From the NCBI GenBank assembly GCA_950097015.1, contig CATNEN010000003.1:4402001-4466000 (forward strand): a DNA stretch of 64,000 bases. The letters are read 5' to 3'. The notes under the pieces were generated by a model. It did no database searches. It was given only the letters and a program-made list of their open reading frames with translations, and had not been told where the DNA came from. The stretch's first letter is position 1, and every line of letters begins with the position of its first letter. The stretch comes from Macrostomum hystrix. Lineage: Eukaryota; Animalia; Platyhelminthes. A program made the translations under genes and the position numbers. This document shows positions 48,516 through 61,026 of this stretch, one piece after another.

Positions 48516-49930
48516 TCAGACACTGCAGACACTGTGACATCAGACACTGCACACACTGTGACATCAGACACTGCACCCACTGTGACATCAGACACTGCAC
48601 CCACTGTGACATCAGACACTGCACCCACTGTGACATCAGACACTGCACCCACTGTCACATCAGACACTGCAGCATCTTTAATGCGATTCTGGTGTCAGAT
48701 CTTTAATGCAGTTCTGGTGTCAGATCTTTAATGCAGTTCTGGTGTCAGATATTTAATGCGATTCTGGTGTCAGATCTTTAATGCGATTCTGGTGTCAGAT
48801 CTTTAATGCAGTTCTGGTGTCAGATCTTTAATGCTATTCTGGTGTCAGATCTTTAATGCGGTTCTGGTGTCAGATCTTTAACGCGGTTCTGGTGTCAGAT
48901 CTTTAATGCGATTCTGGTGTCAGATCTTTAATGCAGTTCTGGTGTCAGATATTTAATGCGATTCTGGTGTCAGATCTTTAATGCGGTTCTGGTGTCAGAT
49001 CTTTAATGCGGTTCTGGTGTCAGATCTTTATTGCGGTTCTGGTGTCAGATCTTTAATGCAGTTCTGGTGTCAGATATTTAATGCGATTCTGGTGTCAGAT
49101 CTTTAATGCAGTTCTGGTGTCAGATATTTAATGCGATTCTGGTGTCAGATCTTTAATGCAGTTCTGGTGTCAGATATTTAATGCGATTCTGGTGTCAGAT
49201 ATTTAATGCGATTCTGTTGTCAGATCTTTATTGCGGTTCTGGTGTCAGATCTTTAATGCGGTTCTGGTGTTAGATCTTTAATGCGATTCTGGTGTCAGAT
49301 CTTTAATGCGATTCTGGTGTCAGATCTTTAATGCGATTCTGGTGTCAGATCTTTAATGCGGTTCTGGTGTCAGATCTTTAATGCTATTCTGGTGTCAGAT
49401 CTTTATTGCGGTTCTGGTGTCAGATCTTTAATGCGGTTCTGGTGTCAGATCCTTGCTGCGATTCTTGTGTCAGATCTTTAATGCGATTCTGGTGTCAGAT
49501 CTTTAATGCGATTCTGGTGTCAGATCTTTAATGCGATTCTGGTGTCAGATCTTTAATGCGATTCTGGTGTCAGATCTTTAATGCGATTCTGTTGTCAGAT
49601 CTTTAATGCGATTCTGGTGTCAGATCTTTAATGCGATTCTGGTGTCAGATCTTTAACGCGGTTGTGGTGTCAGATCTTTAATGCGATTCTGGTGTCAGAT
49701 CTTTAATGCGGTTCTGGTGTCAGATCTTTAATGTGGTTCTGGTGTCAGATCTTTAATGCAATTCTGGTGTCAGATCTTTAATGCGGTTCTGGTGTCAGAT
49801 CTTTAATGTGGTTCTGGTGTCAGATCTTTAATGCAATTCTGGTGTCAGATCCTTGCTGCGATTCTTGTGTCAGATCTTTAATGCGATTCTGGTGTCAGAT
49901 ATTTAATGCGATTCTGGTTTCAGATGCTTC
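48516..49930. repeat. 24-bp repeat (48516-48670) followed by a 25-bp satellite (ctttaatgcgattctggtgtcagat) related to the 44955-45447 array
   Basis: Direct inspection. Confidence 0.93.
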
Positions 49931-50788
49931 TGCGATTTTCGTGGTTTTCTCAGCTGTTGTTCTTGTGTGTTCTTGTGTAGACCATCATGTATATTCTTAG
50001 CACAAGCTATACAACCACGATAAATATCTTTAGGAACAACAAAATTTTTTCTTATTGGAAAAGATCATTGTGACTTGGGCTAGTTCGCTTCAATGACAAA
50101 TTCATATAATATATTAGCTGGGTACAAATTATATACACGAAAATAGCAAATTGCCAGCCGGTCCGATCGAGTTCAGGACAACACTCTGGCCTCGGAGCTT
50201 CTCTGCGATCCCCGCTTCCTTCTCGCCCAGTCAGGAGAAGCGCCTAGCGTTGCTGGGGGTAGGTCTTTGCTCGCAACTCAACGACTGTGGGACTAAAATG
50301 AGGAACTCGCAGCAAAGTGCCGAGAGTTTTCTGTTGACTGAGAGTGTGAATCCGATTGGAGACGAGAACTGCATGGCGCACTTGAAAAAACTGACGCCCC
50401 GATCTGTTGTTTGACTTCTTCAAGCATCGCCAGATCATGCTCAAATCGAATGGCTCAGAAACTTCAAAAGAAAAGAAAATAAAACGAAAATATTTCCCTT
50501 TGGTCGGGTAGAACAAGACGGGGTGGTGAGACAATCAGACGAGAGATGCTCGAGCATTCTAACTGGACTCTAGAGGCGCATCTGCTGAACGGTGAAGTGC
50601 AGCGCATCGACTAGCAGCTGACGGTCCCCGCGCCAATGTCCAGGGCAGCCACCTCAGCCAGTTGCCTATATCTATCTAAGCGAAATTCGCAGTCGAAATC
50701 GTCTCAAGAGAGTGACACAAGTCAATAGGAGACAGGCTGGCAAAGAGCTCATGCTGAAAAAGCGAAGCTTCAACACCAGACACCCGAA

Positions 50789-53700
50789 ATGAGACTTTCG
50801 CACTGCGTCTCGGCTGGGCTACTTCTGCTAGCGGCGTTTGCTTGCGTTCCGCCAGCGGTGGCAAATAACGATGGTGAGTGAGAGGCGCACAAGTTGCTAC
50901 TCTCAGCAATGTCTCTCGTGACATAGCCTATATTTAGTCAACCAATTTTCTATTTCAGACGCTGTCCAGATCCGCTTGACGAACTGCAGACAGAGCTCGG
51001 ACTACGCTGGAATCTCTCGATGCACTGGCGCCATTGATGGAACCACCAACCAGAGATGGTCAGCTGCAGGAATGAGCACAACCAACAATGACCCTCACCC
51101 GTTCTGGGAGGCCCAAGCCGATCAGGTGACTCACTTCAAGAGAATCCGCATCTTCAACCGACAGGACTGCTGTCCGGAGAGACTCAACAACTTCGTCATC
51201 AAGATCGACGGTCACGAGTGCGCTCGGTACCACAGCACGACCTCCTTCTCCATCAAGACCTTCGACTGCGACAGGGAGGGCAGAGTTGTACGGATTGAGA
51301 GCACAATCCAAACCCACCTCACACTGGCCGAGGTGCAAGTTTTCGGAGTGGTGGTCGAGCAAACAACACCCACACGTGAGTTAATGATCTGCACCAATAC
51401 TCTAATTCCTAACGTCATATTAGCAAAAATGGCATCCTAAAATAACTTTCAAGGATTGCAGGAGGGCTGCAAAGCATGGCACACCATTTGGTGACACTAG
51501 ACCCGCAGCCAGCGAGGAGGCAATTCTGCCCCGTTCGCTGACTACTGAGCACACACTCACACAAATACCGTACGCAGGCACACACAGCTCACAAAGGTGT
51601 GTACACCTGCCCTGACTTTCTCATCGTCAGGCAGTGGTCCTCAAAGGCGTAAATCGCACGACAAGCCATTAAGCCTTCTCTCTGCGGCTGCGCCCCAAAT
51701 GAATGTGGCCTCGCTACGGAATCGAACTTGGGGACCTTGGTGCGAGAGGCAAACGCGCTATCCGCTCTGCCTCTGACCCGAACCGTGAAATTTTAGCTAT
51801 GCCGGAAATTAATGCTAATATGCTCAACATGCTGTGATATGCGTGTGCGTTTTTAGGACATATAATACAGTTGAAATATTCAAGAGGCGATATCATTATT
51901 CTGATCAGTTTATTCAAAACAATATTCATGGATATTTTAGCGATGCTGAAGCTGTCCAACTGCGACCAGAGCTCTGACTATCTGGGAAGCCACAAATGCA
52001 CAGCGGCCATCGACGGCAACACCAAGCAGATGTGGGGTCAGGCCGTTCTGGCTACAACCAACACCGATCTCAGACCGTGGTGGGAGGCCAAAATGGAAGC
52101 TCCAGCGCTGATCAAGCAGGTAAAAATATTCAACCGGCAGGACTGCTGTCCTGAGAGACTGGCCAACTTTGTCATCAGAGTGGACGGCAAGGTCTGCGCT
52201 GAGTACAACAGCGGACCGTTCTCTGTGTGGACCTTTGACTGCAACCGTGCTGGCAGAACTGTGCACATCGAGAGTAGAATTAGCACTCACCTGACGATCG
52301 CCGAGGTGCAGGTGTTTGGAGACATTCTCCCAAGGGATCAGTGGCATTGTAAGTACTGCATACAATTGTACCCTTGCTTATGAATCACGGCTCGCTTCAA
52401 TGTTTGAAGCCAAGCGAGCGTTCTAACTGATGGAATAACATATCAACATTTCAGTGCACCCTGAGCAGGTGACTCTGAAGAACTGCCGACAGAGCTCGGA
52501 CTACGCTGGAATCTCTCGATGCACTGGCGCAATCGATGGAACCACCAACCAGAGATGGACCGCCACTGGCATGAGCACCACCAACAATGACCTTCATCCA
52601 TTCTGGGAGGCCCAGGCCGAAAAAACTACTCATTTCAAGAGAATCCGCATCTTCAACCGACAGGACTGCTGTCCGGAGAGACTCAACAACTTCGTCATCA
52701 AGATCGACGGTCACGAGTGTGCTCGGTACCACAGCACCACTTGGTTCGCCGTGAAGTCATTTGATTGCGGTCGAGTCGGCAAAGTGCTTCGCATTGAGAG
52801 CACAGTCCAGACACACCTCACACTTGCTGAGGTGCAGGTGTTCGGCTCAGTGAGAGCAACACCTACGAAATACAGTAAGCCAACAGCAGAGCAATATATA
52901 ATTGATAGGAATAGTTCTGCCGGTAAACTTCTTCACTTGAAAGCGAATACTTAAATCCAAGTGAAATGATTTTCTTCACTCCGAAATTTTATTTAAAAAA
53001 ATAGTTATTGCAGGAGGGCTGCAAAGCATGGCACACCATTTGGTGACACTAGACCCGCAGCCAGCGAGGAGGCAATTCTGCCCCGTTCGCTGACTACTGA
53101 GCACACACTCACACAAATACCGTACGCAGGCACACACAGCTCACAAAGGTGTGTACACCTGCCCTGACTTTCTCATCGTCAGGCAGTGGTCCTCAAAGGC
53201 GTAAATCGCACGACAAGCCATTAAGCCTTCTCTCTGCGGCTGCGCCCCAAATGAATGTGGCCTCGCTACGGAATCGAACTTGGGGACCTTGGTGCGAGAG
53301 GCAAACGCGCTATCCGCTCTGCCTCTGACCCGAACCGTGAAATTTTAGCTATGCCGGAAATTAATGCTAATATGCTCAACATGCTGTGATATGCGTGTGC
53401 GTTTTTAGGACATATAATACAGTTGAAATATTCAAGAGGCGATATCATTATTCTGATCAGTTTATTCAAAACAATATTCATGGATATTTTAGCGATGCTG
53501 AAGCTGTCCAACTGCGACCAGAGCTCTGACTATCTGGGAAGCCACAAATGCACAGCGGCCATCGACGGCAACACCAAGCAGATGTGGGGTCAGGCCGTTC
53601 TGGCTACAACCAACACCGATCTCAGACCGTGGTGGGAGGCCAAAATGGAAGCTCCAGCGCTGATCAAGCAGGTAAAAATATTCAACCGGCAGGACTGCTG

Positions 53701-56506
53701 TCCTGAGAGACTGGCCAACTTTGTCATCAGAGTGGACGGCAAGGTCTGCGCTGAGTACAACAGCGGACCGTTCTCTGTGTGGACCTTTGACTGCAACCGT
53801 GCTGGCAGAACTGTGCACATCGAGAGTAGAATTAGCACTCACCTGACGATCGCCGAGGTGCAGGTGTTTGGAGACATTCTCCCAAGGGATCAGTGGCATT
53901 GTAAGTACTGCATACAATTGTACCCTTGCTTATGAATCACGGCTCGCTTCAATGTTTGAAGCCAAGCGAGCGTTCTAACTGATGGAATAACATATCAACA
54001 TTTCAGTGCACCCTGAGCAGGTGACTCTGAAGAACTGCCGACAGAGCTCGGACTACGCTGGAATCTCTCGATGCACTGGCGCAATCGATGGAACCACCAA
54101 CCAGAGATGGACCGCCACTGGCATGAGCACCACCAACAATGACCTTCATCCATTCTGGGAGGCCCAGGCCGAAAAAACTACTCATTTCAAGAGAATCCGC
54201 ATCTTCAACCGACAGGACTGCTGTCCGGAGAGACTCAACAACTTCGTCATCAAGATCGACGGTCACGAGTGTGCTCGGTACCACAGCACCACTTGGTTCG
54301 CCGTGAAGTCATTTGATTGCGGTCGAGTCGGCAAAGTGCTTCGCATTGAGAGCACAGTCCAGACACACCTCACACTTGCTGAGGTGCAGGTGTTCGGCTC
54401 AGTGAGAGCAACATTGAGCACGTTTGGTTAGTTCGTCTTTTGTCATACGAATTTTTGTATTATTGCACAGAAAACTTCAATGTGAACAAGAATATGACTG
54501 ACTAACATAAGGGGCGCGGCCCTTAGTCATGTCACCTTCTAGAAGGCTATAAAAGTTGTGGCCCAGAATGTCTTTGAATGCTTATCAGCTCAACCAATTC
54601 TCTAGTGCTATTTCAACAATAAGGAAGATTTGTCTAGCTCAAAAAACTGTTTGAGATAAATTTAATGCGTCAGAAAAGAAGTCAAAAACATTTTCTAGGC
54701 ATGCTTAAGCTGTCAAACTGTGCGCAAAGCTCAGACTACGTGGCTAGTCACAAGTGCACCGCTGCGATTGATGGCAGCACCAAACAGATGTGGTCGACCG
54801 CAACAATGGCCACAACACAAATTGATCCTCGACCCTGGTGGGAGGCTCGCACCGAGGCTCCAGCGATGATCAAGCGAGTTAAAATCTTCAACCGTCAGGA
54901 CTGTTGTCCGGAAAGGCTTGGAAACTTTGTCATCAAAGTGGACGGGAAGGTCTGCGCAGAGTACAACAGCGGACCGTTCTCTGTGTGGACCTTCGACTGC
55001 AACCGCGCAGGCAGAATCGTGCACATCGAGAGCCGCATCGCCACCCACCTCACGCTGGCAGAGGTGCAGGTGTTCGGAGACATTCTCCCAAGGGATCAGT
55101 GGCATTGTGAGTACTGCACGAGTTTCTCATTTCCATGGTTGTTTTCTGGTTTAGTATTTTCTTACGAATTGCATTTCAGTGTACCCCGAGCAGCTGACTC
55201 TGAAGAACTGCAGACAGAGCTCAGACTACGCTGGAATCTCTCGATGCACTGGCGCCATCGATGGAACCACCAACCAGAGATGGACAGCCACTGGCATGAG
55301 CACAACTAACAATGACCCTCACCCGTTCTGGGAGGCCCAGGCCGATCAGGTGACTCACTTTCAAACGATCCGCATCTTCAACCGACAGGACTGCTGTCCG
55401 GAGAGACTCAACAACTTCGTCATCAAGATCGACGGACACGAGTGCGCTCGCTACCACAGCACCACTTCTTTCGTAGTGAAGTCATTCAAATGCGACAAAG
55501 TGGGCAAGGTCCTTCGTATCGAGAGCACAATTCAGACACACCTGACACTCGCAGAAGTGCAGGTGTTTGGCATTGTGACAAGTCCCAAATCAGTTGGACG
55601 TGAGTTTTGTTGAAACATGTTCAAAATTCAGCATGTTTAGTTTTTTAGCCATTGTGAAGCACTCATCCTTGACACGGGGTTCGATCCAAACGATCGTAAA
55701 AAATTATTAACAAAAGGTGGTACATATTGAATAATTGGTGGGCATGATTTTGCGTATTTCAGCAATGCTTCGCCTGTCGAATTGTCGTCAGAGCTCCAAC
55801 TACCAAGGGGGTCACTTGTGCTCCGCTGCAATCGATGGAAACACCAACCAGTTCTGGGGTCAATCCACTTTGGCTACTACAAACAACGAGGCTCATCCGT
55901 GGTGGGAGGCCCGCACAGACTCTCCAGTGATGATCGAGAAAGTTCGGATCTTCAACCGTCAGGATTGCTGTCCGGAGAGACTGGGCAACTTCGTCATCAA
56001 GGTGGATGGTAAGGTTTGCGCTGAGTACAACAGCGGGCCGTTCTCAGTGTGGACCTTCGACTGCAAGCGTGCTGGCAGTTTAGTGAGCATCGAAAGTCGG
56101 ATTCACACCCATTTGACACTGGCTGAAGTCCAGGTGTTCGGATCGCCACCATGTGTGTACCATCATTTTGAGTACACTGTTGTCGATTTATCTGTGTGCT
56201 GATAATTGTTGATTGCTGGAGTTAATCATTCGCCTTTCAGCCAATGAGTGCTTTAATAACCAGGAGAACTTTGTCAGCTCGGCAACTTCGGTCACGGAGA
56301 GCGGCAAGCCCTGTCAGGATTGGTCAGTGAAGACCTGCTCAGACAGCACCAAGGGCATCAGCTGTCACGTGCCCAGCCAGCTGGTGATTGACGCTGGCCT
56401 GACTGGCAATGCGTGCCGCAACCCTGGAGACTACCTGAGGGACAGGCCGTGGTGCTACACCACCACTGGTACCAGGTGGGAGTACTGCAGCATACCTGCG
56501 TGTTAA
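50789..56506 (+). CDS. Secreted tandem F-type lectin (fucolectin-like) protein A: signal + 8 FTL domains + kringle. Exons 50789-50873, 50959-51375, 51941-52348, 52455-52874, 53493-53900, 54007-54426, 54699-55106, 55180-55599, 55763-56152, 56241-56506
   Basis: Signal MRLSHCVSAGLLLLAAFACVPPAVA. Each middle exon has QSS..AIDG..P(W/F)W..IFNRQDCCPERL..LTLAEVQV(F). Kringle: SGKPCQDW..CRNP..PWCYT..WEYC. All introns are GT-AG, phase 1. Confidence 0.88.
51456..51779 (-). mobile_element. tRNA-derived SINE (intronic, antisense)
   Basis: Minus-strand head gggtcagaggcagagcgg..gttcgattcc (A/B boxes). Multi-copy in the window. Confidence 0.78.
53008..53331 (-). mobile_element. tRNA-derived SINE (copy made by the 1552-bp tandem duplication)
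   Basis: Identical to 51456-51779. Confidence 0.78.
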
Positions 56507-57320
56507 ACCGACTCAAAAAAAACCTTTTGAAATTCTGAACTCAATGGTGTCGGCTTTGACTTTTTGCTCTGGTTTTTGTGAGTCTAAATAAGTTTTTTCA
56601 ACTGAACAGAATAAACAAAACGTGATGGTGGCCGTATCAAAGGTGTTGCCTCATCAGGAAGTAGCAACTGCTCACTGGCTATGTTTCAACTGTCTTTTCA
56701 TTTCTGCTTAATTATTGAAGCAGAATCAGCGATGTTACTGATGTAGTTTAAGCGTTTGATTTGACTAACTATTTATTAAATTGTCGCATATGAGTTTCAG
56801 TGGTTATTGAAGATCAAAAGCATAAGTTTAGAAATAGCATTCTTTGACATGCAGCCTTTTTGGCCTTCAGTGAGCTAAAATTGAGTCATTCTAGGATGAA
56901 AGGATTGTTAAAGGCAAGACAAATTGCAGCATAGCTCAAAAGAGTTAAGCGCTGCATGGCTTACCTAAAAGTTAGAAATACAAAAATGGCTGTCAAGACG
57001 AAATTGGCAAACAAGATTGCCTAAAAAGACGGGATTTCGTCCCCATTTCCGCGAGGAAGGGGACCTGGGCAGATGCTCGTCGATAGGGCGCATGTGTTAA
57101 ACGGCCGAAAAAATCTGCCGATATTTGCTGACAGTCAGCAGATCCCAAGCCGGTTGCCTGCTTAGAAGTCTATTTCTCGAACGCCTTCGTTAGAAAACAC
57201 GAGGGAGCTCTCAATACTTAAGAGGCAGCTTTTAACCAAAGGGAAGTCCTAATGCTGTCATGAATTGTTTTACCATTGATTCAAAAGCAACGACTTTCTT
57301 TACATAGCTGAAACTGAACA

Positions 57321-60300
57321 ATGCGGTGTAGTGTTCTTATTTGCGCTGCACTTTTTCTTATTGCTGCAGTGCCTGCGGAGGCAGCGGACGGTAAGTTGTT
57401 ATCTGGCTTTTATCTGAATTATTCTATGCATCCGGTGATAACTGAAATATTTATAACTTGCAGCTCAACTGTCGCTGAGAAATTGTCGCCAGAGCTCCGA
57501 CTACAACGGTGTCTCCAGGTGTACAGGGGCCATCGATGGCAACATAAATCAGAAATGGACGGCGGCTACACACAGCACAACAAACCAGGACGCCAGGCCG
57601 TGGTGGGAGACCCAGATGGAACAATTGACGCGATTTTCTAAGATCCGAATCTTCAATAGGCAGGACTGCTGCCCTGACAGACTGAACAACTTCGTCATCA
57701 AGGTTGATGGTCAACTGTGCGCCAGATATCACAGCTCCACAGCGTTCTCCGTCAAGACGTTTCAGTGCAATCGAAAGGGTCGCATTCTTCGAATCGAGAG
57801 CAAAGTCCGAACATTTCTCACACTGGCTGAGGTACAGGCGTTCGGAACTACACTGGGACCGGCTACAAGTGCACGTTAGTGCAAGAAAATTTATCTTTCA
57901 ACAAAATATCTTTCTTTTGCTTTATTCGACTCGACTTACTCATCTCAACTCAATTTCAGCCCTACTTCAGCTGTCTCAATGCGATCAAAGCTCCGATTAC
58001 ATGGGAAAATCGCGGTGTACAGGGGCAATCGATGGCTCCACTAAGCAGCATTGGTCGTTTTCTGGCTTCAGCACAACAAATCATGATCTTAGGCCTTGGT
58101 GGGAGGCCAGAACTAGTGTCCCATCGAAGATTATGCAGGTTAGGATCTTTAATAGGCACGACTGCTGTCCGGAGAGACTCAACAATTTTGTAATCAAAGT
58201 TGACGGCAGGATTTGCGCCGAGTACAACAGCTTTGCAGCCTTTTCGGTGTGGACCTTCGACTGTAACCGGGTTGGCAGTATCATCCGTATTGAAAGTCGT
58301 ATAGCGACTTACTTGACTTTGGCAGAGGTTCAGGTATTCGGAGAGCCGTCTACCAGTGCAGGTAGTAAACTCTGTTCAGAAATATATGATTACATTCGAA
58401 TTAGAAATCCATTCGAAAATTGACAAATATTGCAGCTCAACCAAAGCAAATTCGGCTGAGAAACTGCCGGCAGAGCTCCGACTATCTCGGCAGGTCTCGA
58501 TGCACCGGAGCCATCGATGGCAACACAAATCAGAGATGGAGCTTCACAACGCAGAGCACAACCAACAATGACCCGAATCCGTGGTGGGAGACCCAGATGG
58601 ATGACGAGACTCACGTCACTCGAGTCCGCATCTTCAACCGACAGGACTGCTGCCCCGAGAGACTCAACAACTTTGTCATCAAGGTGGACGGTCATGAGTG
58701 CGCTCGGTACCACAGCTCCAAAGCGTTCTCAGTAAAGACGTTCAGCTGCAGGGCGACTGGTCGAGTGCTTCGGATTGAGAGCAAGATTCAGTCTTACCTG
58801 ACATTGGCTGAGGTGCAGGTCTTCGGGATGCCTTTGCCGAAGCCGGGTTCATCAGGTTTGTACCTGTTTAATAATAAAAATAATTGCAGGAGGGCTGCGG
58901 GCAATGGCGCATAATTTGGTGACATTTTCGCTGATTCCTGAGCACACACGCACTCATTTACCGGACGCAGGCACACGCTCACACAGGTGTGTACATCTGC
59001 CCTGACTTTCTCATCGTCAGCAGCGAACTGTGCCTTGGAAGTTGGCCTTCAAGGGCGTGAATCGCACGACAAGCCCCCAAGCATTATCTCCACGGCTGCG
59101 CCCCAAATGAATGTGACCTCGCCGCGCAGAATCGAGCTCAGGGACCTTGGTTCGAGAGGCAAACGCGTTCACCGCTCTGCCACCGACCCGCTTAGCTTGG
59201 TTTAGCTTAGTGATAATTTAAGTCGCGTGGCATGCAAGAAAGCAAATTCAAAGTGAACTTTAAACTTTTATACTTAAAATCTACGTTTGCTGGTTATTTT
59301 AGCAATGCTGAAGCTGTTAAACTGTCGACAAAGTTCCAACTATCATGGCGGCCACAAATGCAGCGCTGCCATCGATGGAAACACCAAGCAGATGTGGTCA
59401 GAAGCGACACTAGCCACAACTGAAAACGACGCGCACCCGTGGTGGGAGGCCCGCACAAAAGCTCCAGCGATGATTAAACAGGTCCGGATTTTCAACCGTC
59501 AGGACTGCTGTCCTGATAGACTCGACAACTTTGCCATCAAGGTGGACGGCAAGGTTTGCGCTGAGTACAACAGCGGACCGTTCTCTGTGTGGACCTTCGA
59601 CTGCAACCTCGCTGGCAGTATTGTGCACATCGAAAGTCGAAAGAGAACCTACCTGACTCTGGCTGAGGTGCAGGTGTTTGGAAAATTTCTACCGCAAAAA
59701 CAAGCGAAATGTGCGTGTTTTAAAAACTTGATTGGACTCAATTTGAAGGCGTGCTTAAGCGGGCTCTTCCTAAATTCCAGTGCATTCCGTACAACTGCGC
59801 CTGAGAAACTGTCGGCAGAGCTCCGACTATCTCGGCAGGTCTCGATGCACCGGAGCCATCGATGGCAACACAAATCAGAGATGGAGCTTTACAACGCAGA
59901 GCACAACCAACAATGACCCGAATCCGTGGTGGGAGACCCAGGTGGAACAGGTGACTCGGTTCACCAGAGTTCGCATCTTCAACCGGCAGGACTGCTGTCC
60001 GGAGAGACTCAACAACTTTGTCATCAAGGTTGATGGTCACGTTTGCGCCCGGTACCACAGCTCAAAGGCGTTCTCAGTCAAGACATTCCGGTGTGACAGT
60101 GTGGGCCGTGTACTCCGGATTGAGAGCAAGATTAGGACGTACCTGACACTGGCGGAAGTTCAGGTGTTTGGACTCGAGTATGGACCGGCATCCATGCCCG
60201 GTAAGCTGTTTATTTAAGCTCATTTGTGGCTGGGTTCTTGTCACCTGCGACTATAAACCTCACTTTTCAGCTAAGCTGCGTCTCTCAAAGTGTAGGCAGA

Positions 60301-61026
60301 GCTCCGATTACCTGGGTCGATCGCGTTGCACCGGCGCCATAGACGGCAATCTAAAGCAGTCCTGGTCCTTCACAGGCCAAAGCACTACTCAACTCGACAA
60401 ACGACCATGGTGGCAGGCCGAAACGGACACGCCTTCGAAAATCGCTCGAGTCCGCATTTTCAACCGTCAGGACTGCTGTCCGGAGAGACTCAACAACTTT
60501 GTCATCAAAGTGGACGGAGAGACTTGCGCCGAGTACAACAGCGGACCGTTCTCAGTATGGACCTTCGAGTGCAACCGCATCGGCAGTGTGGTTCGCATTG
60601 AAAGCAGGAAGAGGACCTACCTCACACTAGCCGAGGTGCAAGTCTTTGGAGAGCCTGCGAGTAAGTTGCCAAGCGAAACATTTCTGTCTAAATAGGAACA
60701 TTTCCGCCGGAACACACAATCATGGTTCAGGAGCGTTTTAAATTATCGCTTAACTTCCTACAGAGAAGGAGTGCTACAGACAGCAGGAAGACTTTGTCGG
60801 CACCAGCACAGTGACAGCCAGCGGGAAGCCGTGCCAGTCCTGGTCGGTGAAGTCCTGCCCAAGAGGCATCGCTGGCGTCAGCTGCCACGTGCCCAGCTTC
60901 TTCTTGTCAGACTCGGGTCTCACTGGCAACACCTGCCGCAACCCGATGGACTACATGAGAGACAGGCCGTGGTGCTACACCACCACAGCCACCAGATGGG
61001 AGTACTGCAGCGTGCCCGAGTGCTGA
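57321..61026 (+). CDS. Secreted tandem F-type lectin protein B: signal + 6 FTL domains + kringle. Exons 57321-57390, 57464-57874, 57960-58361, 58436-58855, 59303-59710, 59781-60200, 60271-60660, 60764-61026
   Basis: Signal MRCSVLICAALFLIAAVPAEA, the same FTL motifs (NRQDCCP[ED]RL), and kringle SGKPCQSW..CRNPMDY..PWCYT..WEYCSVPEC. Phase-1 GT-AG introns. Confidence 0.88.
58884..59189 (-). mobile_element. tRNA-derived SINE (intronic, antisense)
   Basis: Diverged copy of the same family, with an AT-rich tail at ~58868-58883. Confidence 0.75.

Noticed and set aside
50150-50700. GC-richer stretch as possible EGFR kinase exons
   Set aside because: No kinase motifs (GxGxxG, HRD, DFG) in the ORFs here, and frames are short.
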